In this document: positions 47,482-59,335 of the stretch, in pieces | Position numbering within the stretch: the stretch's first letter is position 1 | How the letters are laid out: the number at the start of each line of letters is the position of its first letter | DNA from: Styela clava | Taxonomy: Eukaryota | Assembly (NCBI RefSeq): GCF_964204865.1 | Contig: NC_135263.1 | Span: 6,634,001-6,698,000 of the forward strand | Reading direction: 5' to 3' | DNA length: 64,000 bases | Notes under the pieces: model-generated | Told to the model about the DNA's origin: nothing | Databases searched by the model: none | Seen by the model: only the letters and a program-made list of their open reading frames with translations | Made by a program: the position numbers and the translations under genes

Positions 47482-48764
47482 AGACATTTGGGTGGGTTCC
47501 TAATAATAATGAAATGTGCCAGCAAACACTGACTCAGGTTCGCAGTAAATAGACCATATATGAAATTTTGTTACATGCACATTTAAAATCAATTCTCTGG
47601 GCAAGCACGAAACGCACATCGTACTTGTCAACTCCCGCATTGCAATCGCAGTTATTTTCGGTGCACTCAGTGGATTGAGAATTACATTCAAAATTCCATC
47701 CATATATTGAATATCCCCGACAAAATAATTGACTAATATAAATAGGGAGTATATATCAGTCACGGTAATCACTTTGGTTAGGTGGCACCCACGAGTTGTT
47801 TCAGCTCGGGTATCGGTTGTCCGTAGAAACATCAACAGCTGCTTTTGGCTTGAGTTGTGTTTGTTAGAGCACTTCAATAGGTGCTGGAAATCAATGATAA
47901 GATATGCTTATTATTTTTCTTTTCTCATTGGGATTGTCTGAGACAATCACTGATCGAGTACCGGTACAGGAGTCTGGAAGTTCTGTGTCTTGCCCAGTTT
48001 CCTGATTTTTCTGTGTTCGTTTGTATGCTTGTTTTCAGTACCGTAAGGAATAGGGCCGTTCATGAAATATATTTTATTCTTCTCATTTTGGTAATTGCAG
48101 AATTGTGGGTTGCAGTTGACTATACTGCCTGATAGCTATATACTGATAAGGGTAGTTACTGGTATATGTTTAATTTGTATTGGATCAGCTTTTAAGTGTC
48201 TTCTTACCTCCTCAGCACTCAAGAACAATGGAACTTTTTTGCTAGGTACGATAATTATTAATATTACCTTATATTATAGCCTTTATAGGCTATTAAATAT
48301 TTGTAGGCTTTTATCAAATTATTTTGTAATGCTGTAAATGAAATTAATAAAAATTGTTACCATTTTCAGTTCTACTCATACTCAATATGCAATCATTGTA
48401 TGCTAAATCTTATAATAATCTGTAATCAAATTCCTGAAGAATAGTATACAAATATACTGGGAGAACTGCATGGTCAGTTCGTCACAATTACAGAGCAATA
48501 AAAAGTAACATGTTACCATTTAGTGAATATTTCGGTCATTCATTTATTATAATAATGAAATTATTCAATAGATTAAATCATATGAAGCTTTAGAAAGTTT
48601 TCAGAAATGCTCAAACAATATCTGATTCATAATTTGTCCAGAAAACTAAAGATATAACCATATTTTTTATTGTATAATGCTTGGGTACCTATTGAAATTG
48701 ATTCCTCTGCCATTTTTCTCTCTCACGAGTGTTCCAGTTTAATCAATTATTATTTATTTAACAG

Positions 48765-48853
48765 ATTCAATAAGAAGCAATTTTGGATTAGCTGCAGTAT
48801 ATTCTGATATATCGAATATAGCTACATGTTGAACCTTAATTTTCAATAAAAAA
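48765..48853 (+). other. Candidate non-coding 5' UTR exon of CFAP46
   Basis: Bounded by tttatttaacAG and GTAAGG. The next acceptor, tttatttacAG (49276), lies 6 nt before the ATG. Confidence 0.4.
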
Positions 48854-49282
48854 GTAAGGGTGAAATAACTTTTATGTTACATCCATCAATTTCCCATTTC
48901 ATTTCATAAATGTGGTTTATCAAAAAAATATAATCAAAAGTAATTTAAAACAATGCATGACCTATCTATAATCATTCACACTGGGATTCATAAAAGGGAC
49001 TTTCTGAGAGAGGAGTTTTTTCAGTAGAATTTTCATCGCTTGAATTTCCATCACCTATGGATGATGATGGAATGTCACTTAGCAAACTTCCAACTCATCA
49101 TCCTTTACTGCAAAATAGCATCGTTTAGTGTTAACAAAAAAATTTCAGAATTCTATTTCTTGGTTAGAAACACTTTGCACTTCATCATCATATAAAAATT
49201 TTCTCATAATTCACTTATTGTGATATTTATGCACGACTAAAGATCAGAACTTCATTTCTATAAAATTTATTTACAGGATAAT

Positions 49283-52200
49283 ATGGATGCCAATATTAGA
49301 CAGCTTTTGGCAGCTTCAAATGCTGTTGGAAATGAAGCAGACTCTCGCACACATCTTTTGCAGGCGTATAAATTATTGGATGCTGCAAATAAAGAAAGTG
49401 GTCAGACTGCAGATTCAAGTCCTTGTGGAGCTGACTTGTATGTTATTGCAGCAGAAATTGCGATCAGATTGCATGAAAGTAAAGTGGCGGAAGGTGCTCT
49501 CCAAATGTATTTCCAAGGTACACAACTCACGGATCAATTTTTATGTAGAGCATATCTTTGCAAAGCTCAATTACTTTCAAGCAAATCACCCAACTCATCT
49601 TCTGACCTGGATTCAGCTGTTGTTTTTCTGCTGAAGGCAATCAGTTTTGCCAAAGACAAACCCAGATATCACTTCATCGTTTATAATGCCTCTGTTTTAT
49701 TTTGGCAAATGGCAAGACCATTTTTAAGACCAGGGTATCGAGGCCTACTGCATCTAAGTCTTCAACAAATTGTTAAAGCGTTGAATGAAATTGATGACCC
49801 TGATTATGACTGGAGAGCAACACTCATGATTTCTCTTGTTGAGAGCTTAGTGGATGCAGGAAAAACAAAAGAAGCTGTTGCCGCGAGTGAAACTGCTGCT
49901 GAATTTACATTGAAGTATGCCAAACTTCGATTTAAAGATGTTTTTAAATTACAAATTCAGCATAAATTGGTAGAGCAAAATAAACTCACTAAAAGCGTTA
50001 ACAATATACCAGAGTTTTTAGCATTTTTGAAATTGCAAAAACTGAAACGAAATCTTAGTAAAGCAAATGAAAGTGATAAAAAAATAGACTTGAATAAAGA
50101 GCTGTCTTCACTTGTTAATCTGGTGAACCAAACAGGATCAAGGTCACTCGGATCACCCACTTTGGCGGGAAGTCGAAAGAAAAGTGGGCAGGCCACTGAA
50201 AGCAGTGTGGATAGCCTTTCTCGTGTTTCAAGTGTAAGTCCTCAAAGACGGCGTTCTCGGACAATGTCAAAAGCAAGTTTAGATATTCCAATTGACCTAA
50301 TGAGTGAAATGGGAAGAGACCTACTACCAAATCTTCTACTGGAATTAGCAAGATATTGTGCAGATTGTGGAGAGGTGAAACTTGCAAGAAAATGCATTGA
50401 ATCTCTTGACGTTATAGAAACAGATCCTGGAATTGATCTGGAAATTGAATGTTTAAAGTGCTATTTGATCGTCAAAGATTTAGGTGATATGGAAGAAGTC
50501 TACACCCAATCATCAGTTGATGTTCGACTCTTTGCTGTGAAGCGCATGGATCAAAACATTCAAAATGCAACTCGATCAGGTAAGGCCCATGTTGTTCAAG
50601 CAGCTTGTGCCACTCAATGGAACCTTTGCTTACCACTTTTGCAAACTAACTTACGTAAGCATGTAAGAAGACCTCTCACACTAGTCGCTCAATCGTTAGA
50701 AGATATTGCTTCATTAGAAATTCAGCTGAGATGTCAAGTTCATACAGAACTGGCAAAATGTGAAGAAGATGTAGAACAAGTTGAAGCAGCTTTACGTCAT
50801 ATTCGAAAAGCTTTACAATTGGACCAATCCGGGTTATATCACCAACGTCTGCACACTATGCTCAGAAGACTTGAATTGAGCACTCAATTATATCAAAGCC
50901 CTGAAACACCAGAAGATTCTGCTGCTGTCATTATTGAACAAGCTCGAAAAAGTGCTGATTCCGGTAGTGTTAGGATGAAGCGATCATTACTTGTTAAAGC
51001 TGGTCTTGCATTGGCACCGGACGCATTTCAATATGTTTTAGACAGTGAAGGTGAAGTTAAAGTCGCTGGTCAAAAAACTTTATCAATTGTCCAACTCTTG
51101 GGTTCTACAGCATTTCAGTGGCAAAAGTGTGTAAAAAAGGCAGCAGGGCACCTGAAACGATTAGGGGATGAAAATGATCGAGAGCGTGCCAGGTTATGGG
51201 GTGATCTTGCTAAAGTAGCAAGAGGACAAGAAGTCTGGGACGTTTGTCGTGTTGCAGCAAGGTTTTGCTTACTTTACGATGATGGTCGTTGGGAAAACTC
51301 GAGATCATCACCAGAACAAATTCACACGTCGAGTGTTCCAACTAGTGCTGAAGCTCCAAAATCCCAAGAAGCAACTTCAGATGCTGCTCCTGTAACACAA
51401 AATCAAGTAGCTGTTACTAGTTCCACTGATCCAGTAGATAGAACGCATTTACATGACACTGATCTGTTGAGAATGCTTGCCGAAGTACATTTTATTAACG
51501 GTGAAGCTCTGGTTCATCTACTTCAATGCCAGGGTCTTAAGCTGAATCAGGCACCTAGATTTCCTACCGATGCTCATCAAAGACCAAAAAGTAGTGCTGG
51601 TTTCAAGATGGCAGAGATTGACCCTGATTGGATGACTTATACTGAATGGATTAAGCTCTTAAGTAATTCATCAACAAGATCCTTTTTGCGAGCAATTGAA
51701 CTCGGTGTGAGGTTACGTGAATCGTGGATTGTATGCAGTGGCACAGCTTACTTGTGGAATTATAATAAGCATTTGATTTCTGATGGTCAACTCTCACATC
51801 TGATTGAAGTATTCGAAGCAGCTCTAACAGGTCTTAGGGCGATTGGACATTCAAGTGAGATCGTATTGCTGGTGAGAGTCTGTAACTTGATATCACAAGG
51901 TTTATTACGACCATGGCTTGTTTCAAAACCTCCAACGGATCCAAGTGCTGACCCTTCTCCAGATGCTGGTTCTTCAAAACCTCCAAGTAGAAAAAAAACT
52001 CCCGGCAAAGATAAACCTTCAACAGGTGCAAGTGGAGCTGCATCCATTGTAGTAGAACCAGAGTCACAGGATGATTTGAAAAAAGCTTTGGAAATAACTG
52101 AATATGCACTAGATGTTACTCGAGGAGGCGCCAAAAAAGATATTGTTCCAACAGCTGTGAGGCAAGAAATTCTATCTACCTGGGTTCTTCTTAAGCAAAT

Positions 52201-55200
52201 GCTGCAACAACAAATTGGAGCAGGTCTGGGAGTTGAAAATGAGCTTATCCCATCTCAGAGAGATATGACAAAGGCATTAATTATGCTTGAGATGCATACT
52301 CTCAATAGAAACGGTATGATGGAATTAACAGTACCTGCTTTGAATGAAGCAGCAGAAGCAACTGAGAATTGTGAATGGGATGATCCGAGTATAGAATTAG
52401 AAGTTTGGTCCCGGCTTGCATTTCTATCGCATTGCAATAAAGAACATGATCTGGTTGTTAAATGTGCGAAAAAGGGAATTGCTTTTGAAACCAGCATTTT
52501 GAAGAATAGTAGAAGGGGAAAAATGGATAAAACTGGTACAAAAAGTGATTTTGAGATGCTAAGTTCTGTGTCATGCATTCTAGGAGAAAGTATAATGACT
52601 ACTGTCCTTAATAATCCTTACGCTAGAAGGCAAGCAATGGATGCATTTGAAGCGAGTGCTCGATTTGCGGATTTGGCAGGCAATTATAAGCTTGTCATGT
52701 CTGCTTGTTCATGGTGGTGGAACGCTTGTTTACCACTTATGTCGTCTTCTATTGAACGTGAGCTACTGCGTCAACCATTGAATAATCTTCTTCACTATGT
52801 TACTTCTACTGCAACCAAAATGAAGGCTTTCATTGAAATGCAAGAAAAAGAAGAGGCAGCTAGCAAGGCTGTGCAGACCACACAGATAGAAAAATTACCG
52901 GCAGAGCAAGATAGTCATAACTCATTGCGTGCTGCAATGTATGGAGTTCTTTTTCAAACCTATACAGACAAAAACCAATGGGAGGAAGCTCTCAGTTGTA
53001 TGGATCAAGCAATTCAACATATGCCACGTACAAAACATAGATTACCAATTTTCAAAAACAGGATAATGGTCAAAGCAAAACTTGGCCGTAGTGTTCATGC
53101 TGATATAGCGAAGTTCCGTGAAGAATCGGAAGAGTATGTTGCTCACATGTGGCATCGTGTTGCAATCTCTTCACACGAGCAACTTCAACAATTAGGATCT
53201 TATCAAAAAGCGATCGAGTCTCTTCATACTGATGTCAACTTGTGGAAAAAAGTAGACTATCTCTCTGAACTATCTACGTGGCTTTACTGCAGTGAATACC
53301 CACTTGATGATTCAGTAAATATACTGGAATGGGCAGTAGATATTTTGTTTAGTATGAAGTTTGAAGAATTGCCAAAAGAAGAAAAAGTTTCACCTGCAAA
53401 AGGAAAGAGAAAAACACCAGGAAAGACACCTGCTAAAACTCCTGCATCAAGAGGTTCTCCCAAGACAAGAGACACTAAAAGAAGTGTGAAAATAGATGAA
53501 AAATCACGACCAGAGACAAAAGATACCGCCAAGAGCGTAGAAAACAAATCAGCTAAAAATGAAGAAAATCTGGATGAAATTGTTCCTATAGAAAAAGAAG
53601 TCATTATTGGACTAGAAAATGCAAATATTGAATTGAAATTTAATGAACTCAACAGTGTACGTCAGCTAGAAGTATTGATCAGAACCCATGTGATGTTAGC
53701 AACGATTAGTGGTCGAGGATCATCAAAACATAAGTCATATATCCTACTGGCTGCTGGTTATATCATAAGACTGTGGGAAATTGCATTAGCAGCTGCTGGT
53801 CCACTTGTAAGTCAGCTTCCAAAGATTGAAGACAAACCTGGCAACCCTCCACCTGCAAAAGAGAAACAAAAAGGCCCACTTGAAGCTTTACCAAATAGCA
53901 CAATTGAGTGGGCAAATTATATTGTCCCAGAGGACATTATTAGAGCGTTTTCATTCAATCAAGGTGACACAGCGATAAGTACAAAAACCATCACTAAGCC
54001 AGCTTTAACAATCCACTATCTTGAAGAATTACTGAATGAATTATGCTTTTTAGGATACAATCACCTATCAATACCAGTGCTTTGCCTTGCTGATACTATA
54101 ATTCTTGGAATATTCGAAAGTGAAAGTTGGAGCAATTTAATGTGCTTGCATAAAATCCAAATCTGTTATGATCTTGGCCTTGTAGAAATTGCTAAGAAAT
54201 GGGAAGTCAAATTGAGTGATGTATTCTTGCCATTGGAAGAACAATCAACATTTATTCAAGAGTGTGAACTTATGGATCAGCATGCAAAACAAGTTCAATA
54301 TGAAGAAGCAAGATTAAAAGGTAAAGCATTGGTTGCAAAAGAAGCTGGAGACAATACTTCGCAATTGTCTCATGCTGGATCGGAGCCTATCACACTTCAG
54401 GGTAGAAAAATTAAAGGGATTTGCATGAGGCTGTTATGGATGGAAAAGGGAATGGTGCTTTTAGGTTTAGGATATCATCAGAGAGCGAGAGAACTTTTTA
54501 ATCAAGCAATGAGAGCTGCAATTGCTGTAAATGACCAAACGCTTATCGGTGATATATATCTAGGAATGGCACAACTATCAATTCAAGAATCCAACCTTGG
54601 ACAAAGTATGAGATTCCTTAAGAAAGCACAAGATGTGGGAGGAGATGAAAAATACTGGTATAAAGTGGTTTTGATGTTGGCAGACTCCATTGTACTCGAT
54701 CCTGATGTAACACCAGCTAAGAGAAAAGAAGCCAGCAAATTGCTAAGAATAGCAGTGGAAACTATGGAAATACTGAAAATGTTGAGGCCAACCAAAAAGA
54801 GCACAATATCATATATAATAAGTATGATTCGATCATATTCAGCTTTTATGAAATTTGATATTTTGCTTCTGAAAGACGGGCCCATGGAAAGACAGGTACA
54901 CACTAATTTGTCAAAGTTAGATGAGGCAGAAAATATTCTCTTTTCATGTGGATATATCAGAGAGGCTGTTCAACTTTATCAAAAACATGCATTCATTTGT
55001 TTGAAATTATGCAACAAAACATCTGTATTAGAAGAACAACATTCATTTCTTCTTAATGGACTTGAAAAACTAGAGCATGCAGCTCAAATAATGTCTGAGT
55101 TATATACAGAAGTATCATCGGGATTTGCCGATATTAATGATAATCCTAGTATTAGTCTGCCGATTGCTCGAGAATTATGCAACACTTTACTTAGCCTTGC

Positions 55201-57775
55201 AGAATATTTGCTGTATTTGTATGATATTAATGCAAAGGAACAGATACTTAAACAAAAAATGCAAGCGAAATCTGGTTCACTTGAACACATTGTAAATGAA
55301 TATGTCTGCACTGAAAAAAATTTATCTCGTTTGGAACAGGAATGGAAAGAGATGTGTGAACTTTTGCCTCAAAAAATGTTTTCAACGTTTATGAGTGCTT
55401 TTTCGTTTTCCGTGAACATACCCGAAAATCGAGCAAAGTCTTTGTATTTGATCGGACGATCTTTGCATCTCTTGGGTTTGTACCTGAAAGATGATATTGA
55501 TGGAATATGGAGTGTGCTTGCTTTCAATATTACTGCAGAAATTAGTAGTGAAGAAATTCAGCTTGAAGAACCTATAGAATCTCATGATTTTGAAGAAAAG
55601 TTGGATATTGAAAGAATCGGTAGTACAAAAAGCAAATCAAGTATGGATTCTACATTGACTAACAAGCAAAGGAAGAAACTTGCAGAAAATGCTGCAAGAA
55701 TTATGAAGGGTGAACAGCACTCAAAAACATACCTTTGCCAGGCAATGGAAATATTGCTGCAAAGTATTAAGATGTCTTTAGAGCATAAATTTCTTCATAT
55801 AGTAAGAGATGCTTCACTTGAAATTGTAGAAATATGTGGTCAATCTGATCCATCAACTGCTTCATTATATCTGGCACTTCATCAAAGTGCAAAATCTTCA
55901 TTGAATTTTAAGGAATTTCTTTTGAGGTCTCAGCCAGATCCAGCATCTTCACATTTTGCTGCACTTCTTCATCAAGCTACATGGTTGGCAGAAAAACAGC
56001 CTCACATGAAAGTCAGTTCTCTGTTTGGTTGGGTGAAAGAGTCTCTTCGACAGTTTACATCATGGAAAAGATTAAATGTATTTCCAACTTCATTGGACCT
56101 AATTAAAGATTTCCCCCCAAATTTCAATTTTGTAATTCTGCAACATTCTCCTGACAAGAGATATCTGTATGCATCATTGCTTGATAAACCGAAAGCTAAC
56201 CCAACTGCTGGTGATGCGAAAGGGAAATCAAAAGAAAAGCAATCTCAATCAGCTTCAGATTCAAGGTCTGTTATCTTGAGAGCAGATGTTAATCCTGATG
56301 TGCTGGATTCATTAAAAGAAAGGATGGAAGAATATACAATGCATTTGATGAGTTTATTGCTGCAGTCAGAATATCAGCGAGCCCAAGCTGCATTACGAGA
56401 GAAGATGTTACAAGAACTATCAGTAGGTAATAATGAAAATACAGATGCAAATGTGCCAAACACAATTTTAGAAGAACAAGAGGAAGAAGAAATGCGAATC
56501 ATGGATGAGTTTCAAGATATTGTGGATTCTCTTGAGCGTTATTTGATTTCATTCACTACTATGCTCAAAGATAATCTGATTGATCCATTAACTAAAGAAT
56601 GTAAGGAACAAATTGAACAGGGCCAACCTGCTGATGTAAATGCTATGGAATCAATTGTGTTACTTATTGATGAAGATTTGATGGGGTTACCACTAGAAGC
56701 ATTAAAGTGTTTCCAAAGTCCATTTATTGATTGTATGTGTAGAGATTTTTCACTACAAATGTCGCACCATCGTTGGCATGTAGATCCAGAAGAGGCAGCT
56801 GCGCTTGCTGAGAAAAAGAAGAATGAACCTCCACCCAAAGGAAATCCCAAAACACCTAAAACAGGAAAAGATACTAGAAAAACTCCTGCTGGTGGTGGTA
56901 AAGTAGTCCCACTAAATCGAGAAGTGTTACCTGGATGTTCAACAATAAACACTAATTACGTACTCTACATGGTTGACCCACTCGATGAAGCCGCTGAAAC
57001 GGAAACTTACAAACCCATGGAAATATTCAAGCAAATGATGCAAACTTACTCCACTTCTTGTACATCGGCTTGGTCTGGTTGGTATGGATCATCTGGTGTA
57101 CCAAGTGTAGGCCAATGGGAAAATCTAATCAATGGATGTGAATCATTCATATTTTATGGAATGGAGAGATTCTTTGCACATATGCCTCCTTCAAAAGTAG
57201 CTGCACTTGATTTATCAGGATGCCAAATGGTTTTGCTTTTGGATAAAGCACAAACCAGTAAAAGCTTTAGACACCAAAGCAAAGTTGATGTTGACAAAAG
57301 TGATTCCCTTCTTGCATTAGAGAAACCACTTTACACTATCATGATGCTTAGCCTCGTTGGCGTGAACACAGTCTGCTCGAATTTATGGCACTCAACTTTA
57401 GAAGATAATGCTAATAAGTTACAATGCATCACTCGTGTCATATTGGAAGATGGACAAGTTGTTGGTAAAGCAGTCAGATCATTGCTAAATCCGACATTGG
57501 TTAAACCCGTTCCACCAGAACCCCCTGCTACTGCCCCAACAGGAAAAGAAAGGAGTGATACTAAAAATGCCAAATCTGTAAAAGGAAAACCTGATTCAAA
57601 GAAAGGAAAATCTCCAGCCCCGTCTCCTCTACCACCAACTCCAGAACCAGAGATATCTGAGTCACCTGTGCAAACAGAAGGAGAACCTGTGGAAGAGATT
57701 GCTCAAGATGAAAGTGTACAAGCTTCTTGGTGTAACATGATTGTCTTTGGCCTTCCAAATGTCATGGTTGTGTAA
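49283..57775 (+). CDS. CFAP46: Cilia- and flagella-associated protein 46 (TTC40), intronless CDS
   Basis: 2830 aa. MDANIRQLL start, QFLCRAYLCKAQL, KPRYHFIVYNASVLFWQ, QWNLCLPLLQTNLRK, DENDRERARLWGDLAKVAR.QEVWDVCRVAARFCLLYDDGRW, YLALHQS, ILQHSPDKRYLY, LPLEAL..RDFSLQM, FIFYGMERF, IVFGLP. Recognised as the CFAP46 family pattern. Confidence 0.93.
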   Translation: MDANIRQLLAASNAVGNEADSRTHLLQAYKLLDAANKESGQTADSSPCGADLYVIAAEIAIRLHESKVAEGALQMYFQGTQLTDQFLCRAYLCKAQLLSSKSPNSSSDLDSAVVFLLKAISFAKDKPRYHFIVYNASVLFWQMARPFLRPGYRGLLHLSLQQIVKALNEIDDPDYDWRATLMISLVESLVDAGKTKEAVAASETAAEFTLKYAKLRFKDVFKLQIQHKLVEQNKLTKSVNNIPEFLAFLKLQKLKRNLSKANESDKKIDLNKELSSLVNLVNQTGSRSLGSPTLAGSRKKSGQATESSVDSLSRVSSVSPQRRRSRTMSKASLDIPIDLMSEMGRDLLPNLLLELARYCADCGEVKLARKCIESLDVIETDPGIDLEIECLKCYLIVKDLGDMEEVYTQSSVDVRLFAVKRMDQNIQNATRSGKAHVVQAACATQWNLCLPLLQTNLRKHVRRPLTLVAQSLEDIASLEIQLRCQVHTELAKCEEDVEQVEAALRHIRKALQLDQSGLYHQRLHTMLRRLELSTQLYQSPETPEDSAAVIIEQARKSADSGSVRMKRSLLVKAGLALAPDAFQYVLDSEGEVKVAGQKTLSIVQLLGSTAFQWQKCVKKAAGHLKRLGDENDRERARLWGDLAKVARGQEVWDVCRVAARFCLLYDDGRWENSRSSPEQIHTSSVPTSAEAPKSQEATSDAAPVTQNQVAVTSSTDPVDRTHLHDTDLLRMLAEVHFINGEALVHLLQCQGLKLNQAPRFPTDAHQRPKSSAGFKMAEIDPDWMTYTEWIKLLSNSSTRSFLRAIELGVRLRESWIVCSGTAYLWNYNKHLISDGQLSHLIEVFEAALTGLRAIGHSSEIVLLVRVCNLISQGLLRPWLVSKPPTDPSADPSPDAGSSKPPSRKKTPGKDKPSTGASGAASIVVEPESQDDLKKALEITEYALDVTRGGAKKDIVPTAVRQEILSTWVLLKQMLQQQIGAGLGVENELIPSQRDMTKALIMLEMHTLNRNGMMELTVPALNEAAEATENCEWDDPSIELEVWSRLAFLSHCNKEHDLVVKCAKKGIAFETSILKNSRRGKMDKTGTKSDFEMLSSVSCILGESIMTTVLNNPYARRQAMDAFEASARFADLAGNYKLVMSACSWWWNACLPLMSSSIERELLRQPLNNLLHYVTSTATKMKAFIEMQEKEEAASKAVQTTQIEKLPAEQDSHNSLRAAMYGVLFQTYTDKNQWEEALSCMDQAIQHMPRTKHRLPIFKNRIMVKAKLGRSVHADIAKFREESEEYVAHMWHRVAISSHEQLQQLGSYQKAIESLHTDVNLWKKVDYLSELSTWLYCSEYPLDDSVNILEWAVDILFSMKFEELPKEEKVSPAKGKRKTPGKTPAKTPASRGSPKTRDTKRSVKIDEKSRPETKDTAKSVENKSAKNEENLDEIVPIEKEVIIGLENANIELKFNELNSVRQLEVLIRTHVMLATISGRGSSKHKSYILLAAGYIIRLWEIALAAAGPLVSQLPKIEDKPGNPPPAKEKQKGPLEALPNSTIEWANYIVPEDIIRAFSFNQGDTAISTKTITKPALTIHYLEELLNELCFLGYNHLSIPVLCLADTIILGIFESESWSNLMCLHKIQICYDLGLVEIAKKWEVKLSDVFLPLEEQSTFIQECELMDQHAKQVQYEEARLKGKALVAKEAGDNTSQLSHAGSEPITLQGRKIKGICMRLLWMEKGMVLLGLGYHQRARELFNQAMRAAIAVNDQTLIGDIYLGMAQLSIQESNLGQSMRFLKKAQDVGGDEKYWYKVVLMLADSIVLDPDVTPAKRKEASKLLRIAVETMEILKMLRPTKKSTISYIISMIRSYSAFMKFDILLLKDGPMERQVHTNLSKLDEAENILFSCGYIREAVQLYQKHAFICLKLCNKTSVLEEQHSFLLNGLEKLEHAAQIMSELYTEVSSGFADINDNPSISLPIARELCNTLLSLAEYLLYLYDINAKEQILKQKMQAKSGSLEHIVNEYVCTEKNLSRLEQEWKEMCELLPQKMFSTFMSAFSFSVNIPENRAKSLYLIGRSLHLLGLYLKDDIDGIWSVLAFNITAEISSEEIQLEEPIESHDFEEKLDIERIGSTKSKSSMDSTLTNKQRKKLAENAARIMKGEQHSKTYLCQAMEILLQSIKMSLEHKFLHIVRDASLEIVEICGQSDPSTASLYLALHQSAKSSLNFKEFLLRSQPDPASSHFAALLHQATWLAEKQPHMKVSSLFGWVKESLRQFTSWKRLNVFPTSLDLIKDFPPNFNFVILQHSPDKRYLYASLLDKPKANPTAGDAKGKSKEKQSQSASDSRSVILRADVNPDVLDSLKERMEEYTMHLMSLLLQSEYQRAQAALREKMLQELSVGNNENTDANVPNTILEEQEEEEMRIMDEFQDIVDSLERYLISFTTMLKDNLIDPLTKECKEQIEQGQPADVNAMESIVLLIDEDLMGLPLEALKCFQSPFIDCMCRDFSLQMSHHRWHVDPEEAAALAEKKKNEPPPKGNPKTPKTGKDTRKTPAGGGKVVPLNREVLPGCSTINTNYVLYMVDPLDEAAETETYKPMEIFKQMMQTYSTSCTSAWSGWYGSSGVPSVGQWENLINGCESFIFYGMERFFAHMPPSKVAALDLSGCQMVLLLDKAQTSKSFRHQSKVDVDKSDSLLALEKPLYTIMMLSLVGVNTVCSNLWHSTLEDNANKLQCITRVILEDGQVVGKAVRSLLNPTLVKPVPPEPPATAPTGKERSDTKNAKSVKGKPDSKKGKSPAPSPLPPTPEPEISESPVQTEGEPVEEIAQDESVQASWCNMIVFGLPNVMVV

Positions 57776-59189
57776 ATTTATTTTCCACTATTTATATTAT
57801 CTCTATTTTTTAATTAACATTATTGACTGATATTGCTCATAAGCGATGGCAAACTATTAGTTACAAATTTTATTGAGGCCTGAATATTTAAAACGTTTAA
57901 ACGTTCCTCCATCATAAATGGAATTGTTATCATTAGCGCTAATTATATTGAAGTCGACCTGCTGTTAGAATATCAAAATACCAAACTTCGAAATTTTATC
58001 TTGAAACCCTGATTGCTAAATTGGCAAATGTGTTTTATTGAACGTTTATGTTGTATTACATAATTAATTAAATCAATTTATTTTATTTCTGAAATATATG
58101 ATCACTCAAAGAGATCAATTTTGTAAATTTGTCACATAAATTCAAAGTTTGTCTTTTTTATATTCAAAGTTGACATAAAAAAGTAGTACGATTAAAGTTT
58201 TCTATTGATGTTATTGCCATACTATTTTCTGAAACAAATTGTATATACACTGCTTGAAGTATTTTATCACAATGTTAAGCATTATCGTTTCACTTCGAAT
58301 TTTCAGCGACAGACATATTATCTTGATGTTTAAAAATTGTGATATGTTTTTGGTTGTTGACACATTCTGTAAGTTTTTTGTGTATATTTTGTTTTGCTTT
58401 TTTATAATATATATTATATTTTTTATTAGTTATATTTTCATAATATATGGTACATGTTGTTAAGATACTTAGGAAATTTTTTATCAGATTAATTGCTAGT
58501 TTTCCCGTATGATTAGGCCATTACATCAACTTCCCTCTCACCAGGATTAAATTTGAATATCTTATCATATGTATTATAATAATCCTTATTGCTGAATGTA
58601 GTATAAATTGAAACTAATACCATATTTATAAAATACCATAAATATATATATAATATATTTCATAACTCAAAATAATACAAAAACTCAAACAACATTACAG
58701 TGATCTCAAGAATGACGAAATCCTCGGCCAATTCGCCATATAAACCACTTTGTTAATTAGTTGAATAAGTGTAATTTCTTCCGTTATTTGGTTATTAATT
58801 TGGTCAGGTGCTTTGCTAGAATTGTAGGTTTGAAGTAGTATATTCAATTCACTGATATATATTGGCAAGCCATTGAATCGAACTGAAACGCGATCTTTTA
58901 TTTTATATTCGAATTTCCTCCAATCACAATATATATATTCGTTTTAATTAAGTGAAACACAACTGCATAAATGAAGGCGATGGGCAACGAATAATGCTAA
59001 TTAAAAACTTGTTCATATATCAATACACAATTTTTTTGAATTTTCACCATGCCGCCACATCATCTAGGCCCGAGGCAAGTTTTCAAAGTGCTCCATACGA
59101 AGGAATCCGCGGAGAAACCTAGGGGGTTCGCGAGCTATTCCTTTACTCATTAACATTATCACAAATATGACATTAATAATCTATACGTA

Positions 59190-59335
59190 AGGAGAGAGAG
59201 AGATTTATTGTTTTGTCAACCGTAAACGAACAATGGTATACAAAATAATATATACAATATACACAAAGTTAATTCGGTATAGACTGGGGGGAGCGATACG
59301 ACCATAAGGTCATCGGAGTCAGCTCCCCCCAAGTT
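59190..59335 (-). repeat. Retroelement 3' end with (CT)n tail (family of 16620)
   Basis: gagagagagaga...ttgttttgtcaacc...tcggtatagactggg...cgatacgaccat..ggtcatcggagtc. Confidence 0.65.

Noticed and set aside
46690-49282. WDR19-CFAP46 as a trans-spliced operon
   Set aside because: The gap is 2.6 kb, with its own CpG-rich, X-box-like patch and candidate UTR exon. Cannot be excluded without spliced-leader data, but nothing supports it directly.
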